From: Macrostomum lignano
Lineage: Eukaryota
NCBI GenBank assembly: GCA_002269645.1
Contig: NIVC01000368.1
Span: forward strand, 1-64,000
DNA: 64,000 nt
Direction of reading: 5' to 3'
Position numbers and translations under genes: made by a program. This document shows, piece by piece, positions 12,745 through 25,161 of the stretch. Numbering within the stretch: position 1 is the first letter of the stretch; every line of letters begins with the position of its first letter. The notes under the pieces were generated by a model. The model saw nothing but the letters and a program-made list of their open reading frames with translations, ran no database searches and was not told the DNA's origin.

Positions 12745-13870
12745 TGTTTATCTGATTGCCGTTTTTGTTTATCCGATTGCCCATTTTGTTTATTCGATTG
12801 CCCTTTTGTTTATCCGATTGCCCTTTTGTTTATCCGATTGCCCATTTTGTTTATCCGATTGCCGTTTTTGTTTATCTGATTGCCCATTTCGTTTATCCGA
12901 ATGCCGTTTTTGTTTATCCGATTGCCCTTTTGTTTATCTGATTGCCCATTTCGTTTATCCGATTGCCGTTTTTGTTTATCCGATTGCCCTTTTGTTTATC
13001 CGATTGCCCATTTTGTTTATCCGATAGCCGTTTGTGTTTATCTGATTGCCCATTTCGTTTATCCGATTGCCGTTTTTGTTTATCCGATTGCCCTTTTGTT
13101 TATCCGATTGCCCATTTTGTTTATCCGATAGCCGTTTGTGTTTATCTGATTGCCCATTTTGTTTATCCGATTGCCGTTTTTTATCCTATTGTCATTTTTG
13201 TTTATTCGATTGCCGTTTTTGTTTATTCGATTGCCGTTTTTGTTTATTCGATTGCCGTTTTTTATCCGATTGCCGTTTTTGTTTATCCGATTGCCGTTTG
13301 TTTATCCGATTGCCGTTTTTTATCCGCGATTGCTGTTTTTGTTTATCCGATTGCCGTTTCTGTTTATTCGATTGCCGTTTTTTATCCGATTGCCGTTTGT
13401 GTTTATCTGATTGCCCATTTCGTTTATCCGATTGCCGTTTTTTATCCGATTGCAGTTTTTGTATATTCGATTGCCGTTTTTGTTTATTCGATTGCCGTTT
13501 TTGTTTATTCGATTGCCGTTTTTTATCCGATTGCCGTTTTTGTTTATCCGATTGCCGTTTGTTTATCCGATTGCCGTTTTTTATCCGCGATTGCTGTTTT
13601 TGTTTATCCGATTGCCGTTTCTGTTTATTCGATTGCCGTTTTTTATCCGATTGCCGTTTGTGTTTATCTGATTGCCCATTTCGTTTATCCGATTGCCGTT
13701 TTTTATCCGATTGCAGTTTTTGTATATTCGATTGCCGTTTTTGTTTATTCGATTGCCGTTTTTGTTTATCCGATTGCCATTTTTGTTTATCCGATCGCCG
13801 TTTTTGTTTATTTGATTGTCGTTTTTGTTTATTCGATTGTCGTTTTTTATCCGATTGCCGTTTTTGTTAT
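12745..13870. repeat. 20-21-bp minisatellite (TTTTGTTTATCCGATTGCCG-like) with a 261-bp higher-order duplication
   Basis: Tandem array directly 3' of the copy 2 stop codon. Blocks 13150-13410 and 13411-13671 are near-identical. Confidence 0.9.
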
Positions 13871-14329
13871 CCCAGTGTCATTTTTTTTATATAACTGTTT
13901 TGTTTTTTGAACTGCTCAGATTTGAATTTATTATCCATTTCTCTATCAATTTTCCTGCTGCTATCAGATGTTCGAATCAATTATCCAATCATAGTTTTGT
14001 TTATTCAGCTGCGACCCGCAACTTAAATTTTGACTTCCGGGTTTGTTTTACTGGTTGCTCCTTTCACAATGAGACATTTTTGTGCTGACTTGAGTGCTAT
14101 TTCAGTTTTAAGCTGATCAAGGTTGATTTTGAAACTCTGGCACAAAGACAATCCCAATTCTCTAATCTACTCAGACTGCTCAATGCCTACTCCAGTGTAG
14201 TGTGAGCGTCTTGTGTTAATTTTTGAGTTCTATTAGCTAGTTGATTGTATTGTTGTCGATAATTAATTTGCTTATTTTAGTCACGCGTTTTTTCAATGTA
14301 CTTTTTGTTAGTTAGAGTTTATTTTTAGT

Positions 14330-15170
14330 GTAAACAGGTCAGAAAGCTAGACGCAAATTTCCAGTCAAGAGTGACTCAGCGGAGGGTCAACGGTTTGCAG
14401 TGTACCCCGACTTTGCGCGGCCAGCCAATCACGATCATTCTAGCCTGAGAGAGCGCCGCGGGTCCAATGTGAGTCGGCTTAACGAGTGGCCGGCCAGACA
14501 CCCACCACCCGGCGTGAGGAGGGGTTTGAATGGTTTGGAAGTGACTATATATATGAAAGTGTGTTTTTGGCGGTCGGATCTCAGAGATCTCACTCTCGTT
14601 TTCTCTTCTCGTTTGTCCCGTTCCCGGCCATTCTACCTTTGCGCTTTGAGGCGCTCGATTTGAATCGACCCCCGGTCTTTGCTTTGCTTTGCTCCCCCGC
14701 CCAACCACAATAGCCTTTCCAGTGAAACGCTCGCGATAACCTTGTCCAGAGAGCGTGGCCTCGACCCCGAGGGCCTCAGTGTTGCACTGAAGGGCAGAGC
14801 TGGTAGGACTTAGCCAGAGCTCCGCTGAACTGTCAATCCGTCAGGGTCCTCGCCTGAGAGTAGGTTCTGGGAATTAGGCCAGTGGTTAGGGATCTTTCTC
14901 CGTGGTCCTGTGTCGGTCCTCTCTTCTTCCGTTCTTCAGAGCTGAAATCCGCTCACCAATCTGCGTTATCTAATTATATCGTTATTATTATTATCAGTGC
15001 TCAAATATTAATTGCGTTGCGAGTTGCGTTATTAAGAATTGTGTAATTTGGATCAAATAATAAAAGCGTCAAGTCTATCAGTCATTATCAATTAGGATTA
15101 TCACTCTCTAAATCTGCCTGGAACAGCTTAAATCACGTTCGTTATATACTTGTACCGTACCTGCAACTAT
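14330..15170 (+). mobile_element. Possible solo LTR or other interspersed repeat
   Basis: Starts TGTAAAC and contains TATATATGAA and a downstream AATAATAAAA, an LTR-like composition. No matching 3' end or TSD found. Confidence 0.25.
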
Positions 15171-15360
15171 TGGAGAAAGTCTGGTAGAACTCGCCGACCG
15201 GCGATAGGCAAATAGGACTATAAGCTTTAAAATCTCTACATGCTCCAATAATAGGTTTGTTTAGGGCCTAAACTACATGTATTTGCCGTACCGCAATATA
15301 TCAAATATTGCACCAGATTTTATGTTGCCGAGAATTTTTCACATTTTCAGCCACAGGTTT

Positions 15361-15681
15361 GGCGCTTTTCCGGCACTGATTTTTGTATTTGATTTTTGGA
15401 CTAACTTTTTATTAGCAACTGTTGGAGCAGGAAACCCAGTGCTTACTCAAGAGTTTTCAGTTAAATAATAGAGACACCGTTTGGCTTGCCGTGACCCGCT
15501 GTGTCCTGACTTGCCGTGACCCGCTGTGTCCTGACTTGCCGTGACCCGCTGTGTCCTGACTTGCCGTGACCCGCTGTGTCCTGACTTGCCGTGACCCGCT
15601 GTGTCCTGACTTGCCGTGACCCACTGTGTCCTGACTAGCCGTGACCCGCTGTGTCCTGACTTGCCGTGACCCGCTGTGTCC
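15361..15681 (-). repeat. Right arm of the long inverted repeat: unique segment plus about 8 units of the 25-bp array
   Basis: GGCGCTTTTCCGG...CCCAGTGCTTACTCAAGAGTTTTCAGTT...CCGTTTGGCTTGCCGTGACCCGCTGTGTCCTGAC is the inverse of 7723-8135. Confidence 0.9.
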
Positions 15682-15916
15682 CATTTCATATTTCAATATT
15701 TCGCAGCATCATTTCTGAGCCCCACTCAGTGCAATGCACACAACAGTGTGGGGAAGTCAGAGCTGATGAAGCAGGCATGCAATGAAGCTGGCCATTGTTT
15801 TCAAAGGGCTTGCAGAGTGTCATGAGGTCTGAGGCTGCCTCACGGCTCGGCCCCTCACGCAGTGAGCAGGAGATGTGCAGAGCCCTTAACTGCACAGACG
15901 CTGCAGAGCTGCTCCA

Positions 15917-15930
15917 GTTGCCATGGCAAC
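15917..15930. promoter_or_regulatory. Perfect RFX X-box palindrome GTTGCCATGGCAAC
   Basis: Exact match to the X-box consensus. Related motifs at 552-565 and 23928-23941 lie in coding sequence. Function not demonstrated. Confidence 0.25.
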
Positions 15931-16769
15931 GGGGGAGACTCGAGCTCGGAAAGACGCAGAGAAGTCTGTGGACAGCTGAGCAATCTGCTCACCTGGAGGC
16001 TGGGTGGTGCGGCTTGTTGCTTCATCTGCACAAAAATGAGTTCGAACGAGCATCAGCCATTCTGTGCGTCTTTTGCATATAGCCAGATGTGCATAATGTG
16101 CATAAATAAGTGTTTGCAGTAGCTTCGCATTCCATTGAACTTGGGACATAAAAGTTCCCATTTAGTTGGGAAGTAGTAGTCCCATTTGAAATGTAGCCAT
16201 TTCCACCGCATGCGTTTTAGCACATAACTCCATCTATGCACTTTCATCTGCTGATTCGCTAAACGCAGGCTACCAATAGCAGCCTAACATCGCGCTGTAT
16301 TTCAATGCACGAAAGTACGAAGCAGTCCTTAGACCTCTCTTGGAACTCCCCTTGTACTTCTTACACTCTAGCCAGCTCACAGACCCTTTATCCATTTCCT
16401 CTACTTCCGACTCATTGGCAAAATAATTAGACATTGATAGAAACCAAACCAATCAAATCTACAGTTCACACCCGATCGACAAGCAATACAGGCTTAGCCT
16501 CGAACACCAGATCAGCCGAGAGTACTGATAAGTATCGATAAATTCCGTTTCTGACTGCTTCATACTTCGTACTTAAGAAGCTTACATCCTTTGTATTTAC
16601 GTGAACTCCATCAGTGATTTAGATTGGAAGTATACCATCTCAAGAGAAGGGTTTAACACCGCAGGAAAACACAGTCGGACTTGCCGCTCATTGTTTAATC
16701 TTAGGATAATCGGACCGAGCCCAAAAGCAACTGGCTCTGCCTTCTTCACCGGCCGTCGGACGCCATCAG

Positions 16770-19319
16770 ACCGCAGGCAGCTCCGGCTCCGTACCCTGCC
16801 TCCGCCGCGACCGAGCACTGCAGATGCACCGTCTGCTTTCGCTGCGGCAAAGCGGCAAAGCTTTCCGCCGTGGTGCTTGCCACCTTCACTGCTCCGTCCC
16901 GGGATGCGATTCGGCGTGCCACTGCTCCTGCTCCGGGGCCTCGCGTTACGCCCGGAATCCTTCCTGGACCTGTTCGCTCCATCCTGACCGCGATGCTCCT
17001 CCCAACTCCAGCATCACCACCTTGGCCGGCCGCCACCCCTGGCTGATCCGGCCGATCCGGCTACGCCCGCTAACCGCCCCGCTCAGCCTTGCATCATCTC
17101 GCTTCTGACCGGGACCGTCCCGGCTCACTGGCGCCGCGCCACCATCATCCCGCTGCTCAAGCACGGTAAGCCGGCCTGCCGCGTCGACAGCTTCCGCCCA
17201 GTTAGCCTCACATCCTGTGTGGTCAAACTCCTTGAGCGGATCATCTTCATCCGGCTTTACGATCTCGCTGAGAGTCACGGCTGGATCCATCACTGCCAAG
17301 CTGGCTTCCGCCGCCTCCGCTCCTGTAAGGACCTCGTCCTCGAGCTTGTCCAAGCCATCAGCGACGGCTTCCAGCTTCGTCCACACCTTCGGACACTCGT
17401 CGCCCTGCTCGACTACAGTAGAGCGTTCGACTGGACTTCCAGGCCCCGGCCCCGCTGGTGAGATGGTGTTTCGCCTTCCTATGCGACTGCTCCGCCCGCG
17501 TCAACGTCAATGGCGCCTTGAGCCACCCTCTGCCTCTCCGCCAAGGCCTGCCCCAAGGTTCGGTGATCGCCCCGTTCCTTTTTCGGCTCTTCATCGATGG
17601 CGTCGCTCGCACCATGCCTCCCGCGATCACCCCCTCACTCTACGCCGACGACCTCACCATCCGCGCGTAGCACTCATCGGTCGCTTCCGCCACGGAGTCC
17701 CTCCAGGCTGGACTCGACGCTGCTGCTGAGTGGAGTGCGCGCATGAAGATGACGCTAAATCCGTCCAAGAGCGTGGTGTCGCTCTTCTCCAACTTGACCG
17801 CGGAGGCGTCACTTCAACCACAGCTGCTTCTCAACGGCTCGTCTCTGCCCTTTGACGCCAACCCGCGCTTTCTCGGCGTCGTCCTGGACCGCACCCTCAG
17901 CTTTGGCCCTCACGTCAGGGACCTCGTTTCGAAGGCCCGCAGCCGCTGTCGCGTGCTCGCCGCGCTTGCCAACCAGGACTGGGGCTGGCGCAAAGATAAA
18001 CTCCGCTTGGTCTTCAACGCGCTGATCCGCTCAGTGCTGGACTATGCTGCCCCCGCCTGGCAGCCCTGGCTGAGCGAGTCCCGCTAATTGATGACCTCGA
18101 TCGCTGTCAAAACCGGGCGCTCCGCATCATCACGGGCCAACTCCAATCGTCCCCGGTGGACGCCATCAGACTGGAGGCCGACGTTCCCAGCTACAGAACC
18201 CACAGCCTGCGCCTGCTCGCCCGCTCCTGGGAGAAGGCCCTTCGCCTCCCGCCGAATCACCCTCGACGACGTGCCGCGGATGGTACGGTACAGCACCGCC
18301 TGGTCAGATCCAGCTGGCGCCAGGCCGCTTCTCGCCTCTTGGAGCGTCTTCCGTTGACCATGGCCCCCCGCCTTCCGCTCTACCCTGCCGATGCCGTGAT
18401 TCCTCCTCCACCGCCTGATCGCACCCGCGTGTTCGACCACTCCCTCGGTCCAGCGTTGGTGCTCTCCGACTCGGACTTCCGCGCCCGCGCCTTGGACCGG
18501 GTCCGTGACCACCTGCACAGCCCTCCAGGCACCTCCCTGGTCATCTACTCTGACGGCCTCGCCCAGAAAGGGGTCTCGGCCGGCGGCCACGCCTTCGTTG
18601 TCACCCAAAGCGACCCGGCCCACCCATCCGTCTTGCACTCGGCTTCCTTCCGCGGCGCCCCTGCTACCTCCTCGTTCGATGAGGAAGTCGCCGCCTTCGC
18701 CTGGGCTGCCGATTCTGTTTCTATTCGCCGTTTCGTCTTCTGCACCGACAGTCAAAGCCTGGTGGTGGCCCTGTCTAACTCCAACCGCTCGATGGGCCGC
18801 GCCCTGACCTCGCTCGCCCGCATCGCCCGGGTTCAGTGGATCCCGGGGCACTGCGGAATTCCCGGGAACGAGCTCGCCGACCACCTGGCCAAGGAGGGGA
18901 GTCGCCTGCCGACCCCTCGTCTCCTATTTCCTTCCGCGCGGCCGCGGCTGCCTGTCAGCGCCATATCGTTGACCATCCTAGCCACCCGCGCACGTCCGCC
19001 GCCTACGAACTCGTTAGTCATGCTCAGGACCGCGCCGCCGTCACCTGCCGGGCCGACCAGCGCCTGCTCGCCCAACTCCGGGCTGGCCACTGCCGGTCGC
19101 TCCGCGCTTACCACGCCTTACTTGACGCGTCGGCGGACTCCTCCTGCCCCTTCTGCAACCTGGAACCTGAAACCGTGGAGCACTGGCTCTGTGCGTGCCC
19201 GGCCCTGTGTGGTCGTCGCACCCACCAGTTCGGCACCCCGTGCCCCCCCCCCCCTTGCGGTCCTCAGCTCCGACCCTCGTCGATCGCGGTGCGCATGTCT
19301 GAAGAAGAAGAAGAAGAAG
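16770..19319 (+). mobile_element. Decayed non-LTR retrotransposon (I-group-like: RT + RNase H + C-terminal CCHC) with an N-terminal PHD-like finger; endonuclease missing
   Basis: RT motifs WRRATIIPLLK, FRPVSLTSCVVKLLERII, QAGFR, LDYSRAFD, GLPQGSVIAP, YADD (17641-17652), FLGVVLDRTLSF. RNase H motifs YSDG (about 18546), E, CTDSQS, WIPGHCGIPGNELAD. CPFCx8Hx4C at 19145-19198. (GAA)n tail at 19300-19319. In-frame stop at 17668-17670 and several frameshifts. Confidence 0.88.
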
Positions 19320-19422
19320 CAACAGCAGTGAAGTTGCAGCCGCTTCCGGAGCAGCAGGACCCGCCGCCGCCGCCGCCGCCGCCACTGAAGCCGCCACCGG
19401 CACCCGCAGCACCGTAGAAGGG

Positions 19423-19820
<398 letters not shown>

Positions 19821-20372
19821 AGGCCATAGACATATTGATGAGCAGTGCAGCCTTCTCCAGAGAGATAATGTTTCAAGGTAATTACCGATGATATTATCGA
19901 TTCTACAAGTCTAAAGATTTGTTGGTCGTGACATTTGATTGTTTTTGCACCGGGAAATTAGCAACAAATGCCGACATCAGAGCTGGCCGCTGCCTCAGTC
20001 ACTCTGCTGCTCTGCATCTGGGCTGCTGAAACTTTGACCATTTCGTTGGAAATCGATTCGCCCCAGCCAGAGACCAACAGTGGCAATCGAAGTGCTACTA
20101 ACAGTAGTTCTGGTGAGCATTCATTTCTGAATTAAAAATTGCGTATTGAACGCAGATAACCAAGAGCCCTGATGACAACCGAAAAGTCCCTAAAAACAAT
20201 GATAAAACAAAGTCGAAGACCACCATAATAAACCCCTAATGAAGACCCATGTGATGATAAAACTCACACTGAATGAAACTAAATGTACAATAAATCAAAT
20301 GAAAAATGAAAAACAAGAATGCGATTATTCTATCTGAGACGCAATATTTCGCACTTAAATCATCTCTTTGGC

Positions 20373-23300
20373 ATGACAGAAGCAAATGCTACGGACGGGC
20401 AGCCGAACACTCCCGAGCCATCAAAACCCCGGGTAGCAACTCAAGGCGGTGACAAAAAAATCGCCAGTCGCATTTCGCCAACATCTCAAATTTGCCGCAG
20501 ACTCACCAGCTCCATCAGCGACAGCCTCAGCAGTCTGCAGGGGCTGCTCGCTCGGCTGTCGCTGACCAAGCAGGACCAGCTGCCGCAGGTGGTACCGCCA
20601 TCCACGCTGGCCCATTTCAGCACAGGTACTTGGCGCTTAACCTCGCCTTCGGGCAGGCGACTCGAAGTTCGACATCTGCAAGACGTTGCCAGCAGAGCTG
20701 CATCCATGAGCAGCCCCGTGCCCAATGTTGCTCACTTTGTGCTGCCGCGAGTGCGCAGTGCAGATTCCGATGGGTCTGGCGGGACCGACTTGCGATTTCA
20801 CGAATTGGTGAATGGACATGATGGGTTCATAATGTCATTCTGTGTATGCATTTGTTAGCATTCAGCATGGCTTAATAGACATGGTGGATTCATAATGTCA
20901 TTCTGTGTATGCATTTGTTAGCATTTAGCATGGCTGAATAGACATGATGGATTCATAATGTCATTCTGTGTATGCATTTGTTAGCATTCAGCATGGTAAT
21001 TAAGACTGATAAAGTTAGGCATTGAGAAAATGAGATGGATTACATTTAACTGTAGCTGCTTTACATCTTTGTTTCAATCAGGGGTCGAGAAACTTTTTAC
21101 CTCAAGGGGTCGAGAATCCAGACCATGACTGAGGAACACAGGAGGAACGAGAGGAGATGCCAAAGGGAATACAGAAGAAGGATAGAAGGAAGAGAAGGCA
21201 ATGGAATGAAAGAGAGGAGAGGCGAAATTTGACAGGAGAGAGGAGAGAGGAGAGGAGAGGAGAGGAGAGGAGAAGAGAAGAGAAGAGAAGAGAAGAGAAG
21301 AGAAGAGAAGAGGAGAGAAGAGGAGAGAAGAGGAGAGAAGAGGAGAGGAGAGGAAAGAACAGGAGAGAACAGGAGAGGAGAGGAGAGGAGAGGAGAGGAG
21401 AGAGGAGAGGAGAGGAGAGGAGAGGAGAGGACAGAGGAGAGGAGAGAGGAGAGGAGAGGAGAGGAGAGGAGAGGAGAGAGAGGAGAGGAGAGGAGAGAGG
21501 AGAGGAGAGGAGAGGAGAGGACAGAGGAGAGGAGAGAGGAGAGGAGAGGAGAGGAGAGGAGAGGAGAGGAGAGGACAGAGGAGAGGAGAGAGGAGAGGAG
21601 AGGAGAGGACAGAGGAGAGGAGAGAGGAGAGGAGAGGAGAGGAGAGGAGAGAGGAGAGGAGAGGAGAGGAGAAGAGAGGAGAGGAGAGGAGAGGAGAGGA
21701 GAGGAGAGGAGAGGAGAGGAGAGGAGAGGAGAGGAGAGGAGAGGAACGGAGAGGACAGAGGAGAGGAGAGGAGAGGAGAGGACAGAGGAGAGGAGAGAGG
21801 AGAGGAGAAGAGAGGAGAGGAGAAGAGAAGAGAAGAGAAGAGAAGAGAAGAGAAGAGAAGAGAAGAGAAGAGAAGAGGAGAGGAGAGGAGAGAAAAAGAG
21901 AGGAGAGAAGAGGAGAGGATTACTGTAACTCTTCTGACTCAAAAGCCACTGCAATCACAAGTGAGCCTGCTCAGCTGTGCTTGGATAATGCAGCCTCAGC
22001 TCATCTTCATCTGGCTGCCAAAGGGCGCGACTCCGGCTGGTAAAAACTGGGAGCGCCTCAGACGGAACCTCACCAGCGCCCACCTCTGGGAGTCGACCAT
22101 CGTTCTGTCGCATAGACACGACCTACTGAGCGAATATTTGACAGAGAGCAGTCAGCAGAGAGCAAAGATGATGCTGACAGTGAAGCTGGAAGCGGTGCTG
22201 ACTTTCGGCGGAGCAGCTCTGACAACCGACTCGCTGATAGTGAAACCGGTCTCTCAGTTGCGAAGGTTCCACTTTGTAATTGGGCAGGTAAAATGTGTCT
22301 GTAAAATGTGTTGGAAGGGTCCTGCATGAGGCTCTCTTGGACACACTGGGTGGCCGTGCGATTCCCAGCCATGAGGGCCAGCCCCAAGGCACTGACAGTG
22401 TACATGTCTGAAGATTAGAAGGTCAAAAGGCCGCTGTACACCCTTTGTGAGCGTTTGTATGAGTTCGTGCCACTTGCATGTGCTCAGGAGTCAGCAGGAT
22501 TGGCAAATTTGGCTCAGCTAAAGAGTGGGGCGCCAGCCACAGAAAAAGGGGCACCAGCTACAGAGTGGGGCGCCTGCTACAGAGTGGGAATGTCAGCTAC
22601 AGAGTAGGGCGCCAGCTACAGAAAGGGGGCGCCAGCTACAGAGAGGGGCGCCAGCAACAGAGTGGGCGCCAGCTACAGAGAGGGGCGCCAGCTACAGAGT
22701 GGGTGCCAGCTACAGAGTGGGTGCCAGCTACAGAGAGGGGCGCCAGCTACAGAGGGGGCGCCAGCTACAGAGAGGGGCGCCAGCAACAGAGTGGGCGCCA
22801 GCTACAGAGAGGGGCGCCAGCTACAGAGTGGGTGCCAGCTACAGAGTGGGTGCCAGCTACAGAGAGGGGCGCCAGCTACAGAGGGGGCGCCAGCTACAGA
22901 GAGGGGCGCTAGCAACAGAGTGGGCGCCAGCTACAGAGAGGGGCGCGAGCTGCAGAGGGGGCGCCATTTACAGATTAGGGCGCCAGCTACAGAGGGGGCG
23001 CCAGCTACACAGATTGGGGCGCCAGCTACAGAGGGGGGCGCCAGCTACAAAGGGGGGCGCCAGCTACAGAGAGGGGCGCCAGGTACAGAGAGGGGCACCA
23101 GCTACAGATTAGGGCGCCAGCTACAGAGGGGGGCGCCAGCTACAGCCAGCTACAGAGGGGGACGCCTTCTACAGAGAGGGGCGCCAGGTACAGAGTGGGC
23201 GCCAGCTACAGAGAGGGGCGCCAGCTACAGAGTGGGTGCCAGCTACAGAGTGGGTGCCAGCTACAGAGAGGGGCGCCAGCTACAGAGGGGGCGCCAGCTA

Positions 23301-25161
23301 CAGAGAGGGGCGCTAGCAACAGAGTGGGCGCCAGCTACAGAGAGGGGCGCGAGCTGCAGAGGGGGCGCCATTTACAGATTAGGGCGCCAGCTACAGAGGG
23401 GGCGCCAGCTACACAGATTGGGGCGCCAGCTACAGAGGGGGGCGCCAGCTACAAAGGGGGGCGCCAGCTACAGAGAGGGGCGCCAGGTACAGAGAGGGGC
23501 ACCAGCTACAGATTAGGGCGCCAGCTACAGAGGGGGGCGCCAGCTACAGCCAGCTACAGAGGGGGACGCCTTCTACAGAGAGGGGCGCCAGGTACAGAGA
23601 GGAGCGCCAGGTACAGAGAGGGGCGCCAGCTTCAGAGGGGGCACCAGCTACAGAGAGCGGCGCCAGCTACAGAGAGAGGCGCCGGCTACAGAGGGGGTCG
23701 CCACCTACATAGAGAGGGGCGCCAGCAAAAAGCCTGTATCAAAGCCATTCAGCACGGGCAATTCTCAGACTCCCAAGCAAATCCCCAGCTCAAACCCCAG
23801 CCGATCCCTGATTGGTTGCAGGACCACAGGCGGCACGGCCTCAGCGATGGCGTATTCCTGGCCGCTCGAGGTTCGACCCTGGCCTCAGTCTGGCATTCAG
23901 TTTTGCAGCGCCAGTCACCTACAGTTGGTCACCATGGCAACAGCAGAAACGATACTCACAGAAATCCAAAGGCATGGAGAAGCGGCATGCTGCCCAGCGT
24001 GCTGTGCCACTGCATGCCAACACTGTGCCACATTGAGTCCATGAGCTTGACTCGACCAAGCTGGACTCAGAGAGAGATCGGCTGGCTCTACGATGCAGGC
24101 CGGCTGTGGAACTGGCGCAGGTACAACTTCGTGGTGAGGCTGTGGCTCGGCGAGGGCGAGGGCGAGCCGGCAGACTGGCTGGGCACAGCTGAAAGCATCT
24201 CACCTGTGGCAAACTCAACACTGGACCAGCTGTACAGGTTTGTGCTGCTTGGAGCTGGGTCTGCGTGACTTTGGACCTGTTCTAGACTGATAAAGAGTTT
24301 AAAACTTTTTTTGATTTTTCTGTCTGATTTGCATTTAATGAATACACAGAGTGCGCGAAGTCCCTTGCTTTCACGACATGCGAATGCGAGCTGTCGGCTC
24401 CGTTTTTGAAGAAAAAACATCTTTGAACTGAATTTCTTATTTACTCTTGACGAGGATTCTAAGAAGTGCTCAAGACACCAAAATGATCCCGATCTGACCA
24501 ACTAAAATACCCCAATGACCTACCAAAATACTCCAACAACAACGACAACAACAACAACAACAAAATAAATTGTCAGCTAGTCAATCGTGGGACAATGTCA
24601 CAAGGGCGCGTTTCAAGGCACGAACGTACGAACGTAGACCGTACCGCTGGCAGTGTCCGGGGCGCCGGCATCAGCCAGCAGGCAGTCGAAACGTCGAGTG
24701 CGGGCCTGCCCCACCGGTAAGGTGCCTGCAACGTCAGCAGCGAGCCAGTGTGCGCCGCATCGACCTGCTGTTCGAGCGAATCCTTGATGCAGCACTTGAT
24801 GCAGCATCAAGGTGGTTGGGTGCTCAACCCGCTGTTCGAGGAGATCCTGCTCAAGACCACGGCGAGACGAGTTGTTGACATCCTAGATGAGTCTGAGTGG
24901 GGAGCTTTCTGGTTCTTCATCATCTTTCCACACTGGATTGACTGCGACGGCTGGCAGATGCCGGACGAGTCCGTGTGGAAGCTGGACAGAATCGATGAGA
25001 AGCCAGGAAATCGGCTTCAGATGCAGGACTGCTACGGCTCCCCGCTGCTTGTGCAAATCCCGGTTAGCCTGTTTGCCATGGGCGAGTGGCCCGACTGCGT
25101 GAACCTTGGCTCGCTCTGGGACGGACTGAGGCGGACCGCTGCAGATGGGGTTCGGCGTTGA
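20373..25161 (+). CDS. Five-exon gene of unrecognised family, about 550 aa
   Basis: Phase-consistent GT-AG model: 20373-20807, 22000-22287 (alt acceptor 21994), 23801-24237 (alt 23789), 24581-24716, 24805-25161 (alt 24793). Total 1653 nt with no internal stops. Exons are GC-rich coding-like islands between repeat-filled introns. No motif recognised. Confidence 0.55.
20815..20997. repeat. 63-bp tandem repeat, 3 copies
   Basis: GACATGATGG(G/A)TTCATAATGTCATTCTGTGTATGCATTTGTTAGCATT(C/T)AGCATGG repeated immediately after the exon 1 donor. Confidence 0.9.
21230..21912. repeat. Polypurine (GAGAG/GAAGA)n pentamer microsatellite
   Basis: About 680 bp of almost pure G/A. It explains the spurious 390-aa and 285-aa ORFs. 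Confidence 0.95.
22525..23725. repeat. 18-20-bp GC-rich minisatellite (GGGCGCCAGCTACAGAGAG) with higher-order blocks
   Basis: Tandem array filling intron 2 of the unknown gene. Repeated ORF translations show block duplications. Confidence 0.92.

Noticed and set aside
12664-14088. Long ORFs (up to 322 aa) rich in F/I/R/L/P or C/L/S/D
   Set aside because: They are translations of the 20-21-bp minisatellite and are open only because the unit lacks stops.
21097-22329. 390-aa E/R/G-rich and 285-aa S/L/P-rich ORFs
   Set aside because: They come from the GA pentamer repeat. Only the 3' part (about 22000-22287) is treated as an exon.
22478-23780. Repetitive GASYR/APATE ORFs
   Set aside because: Intronic minisatellite open in several frames.
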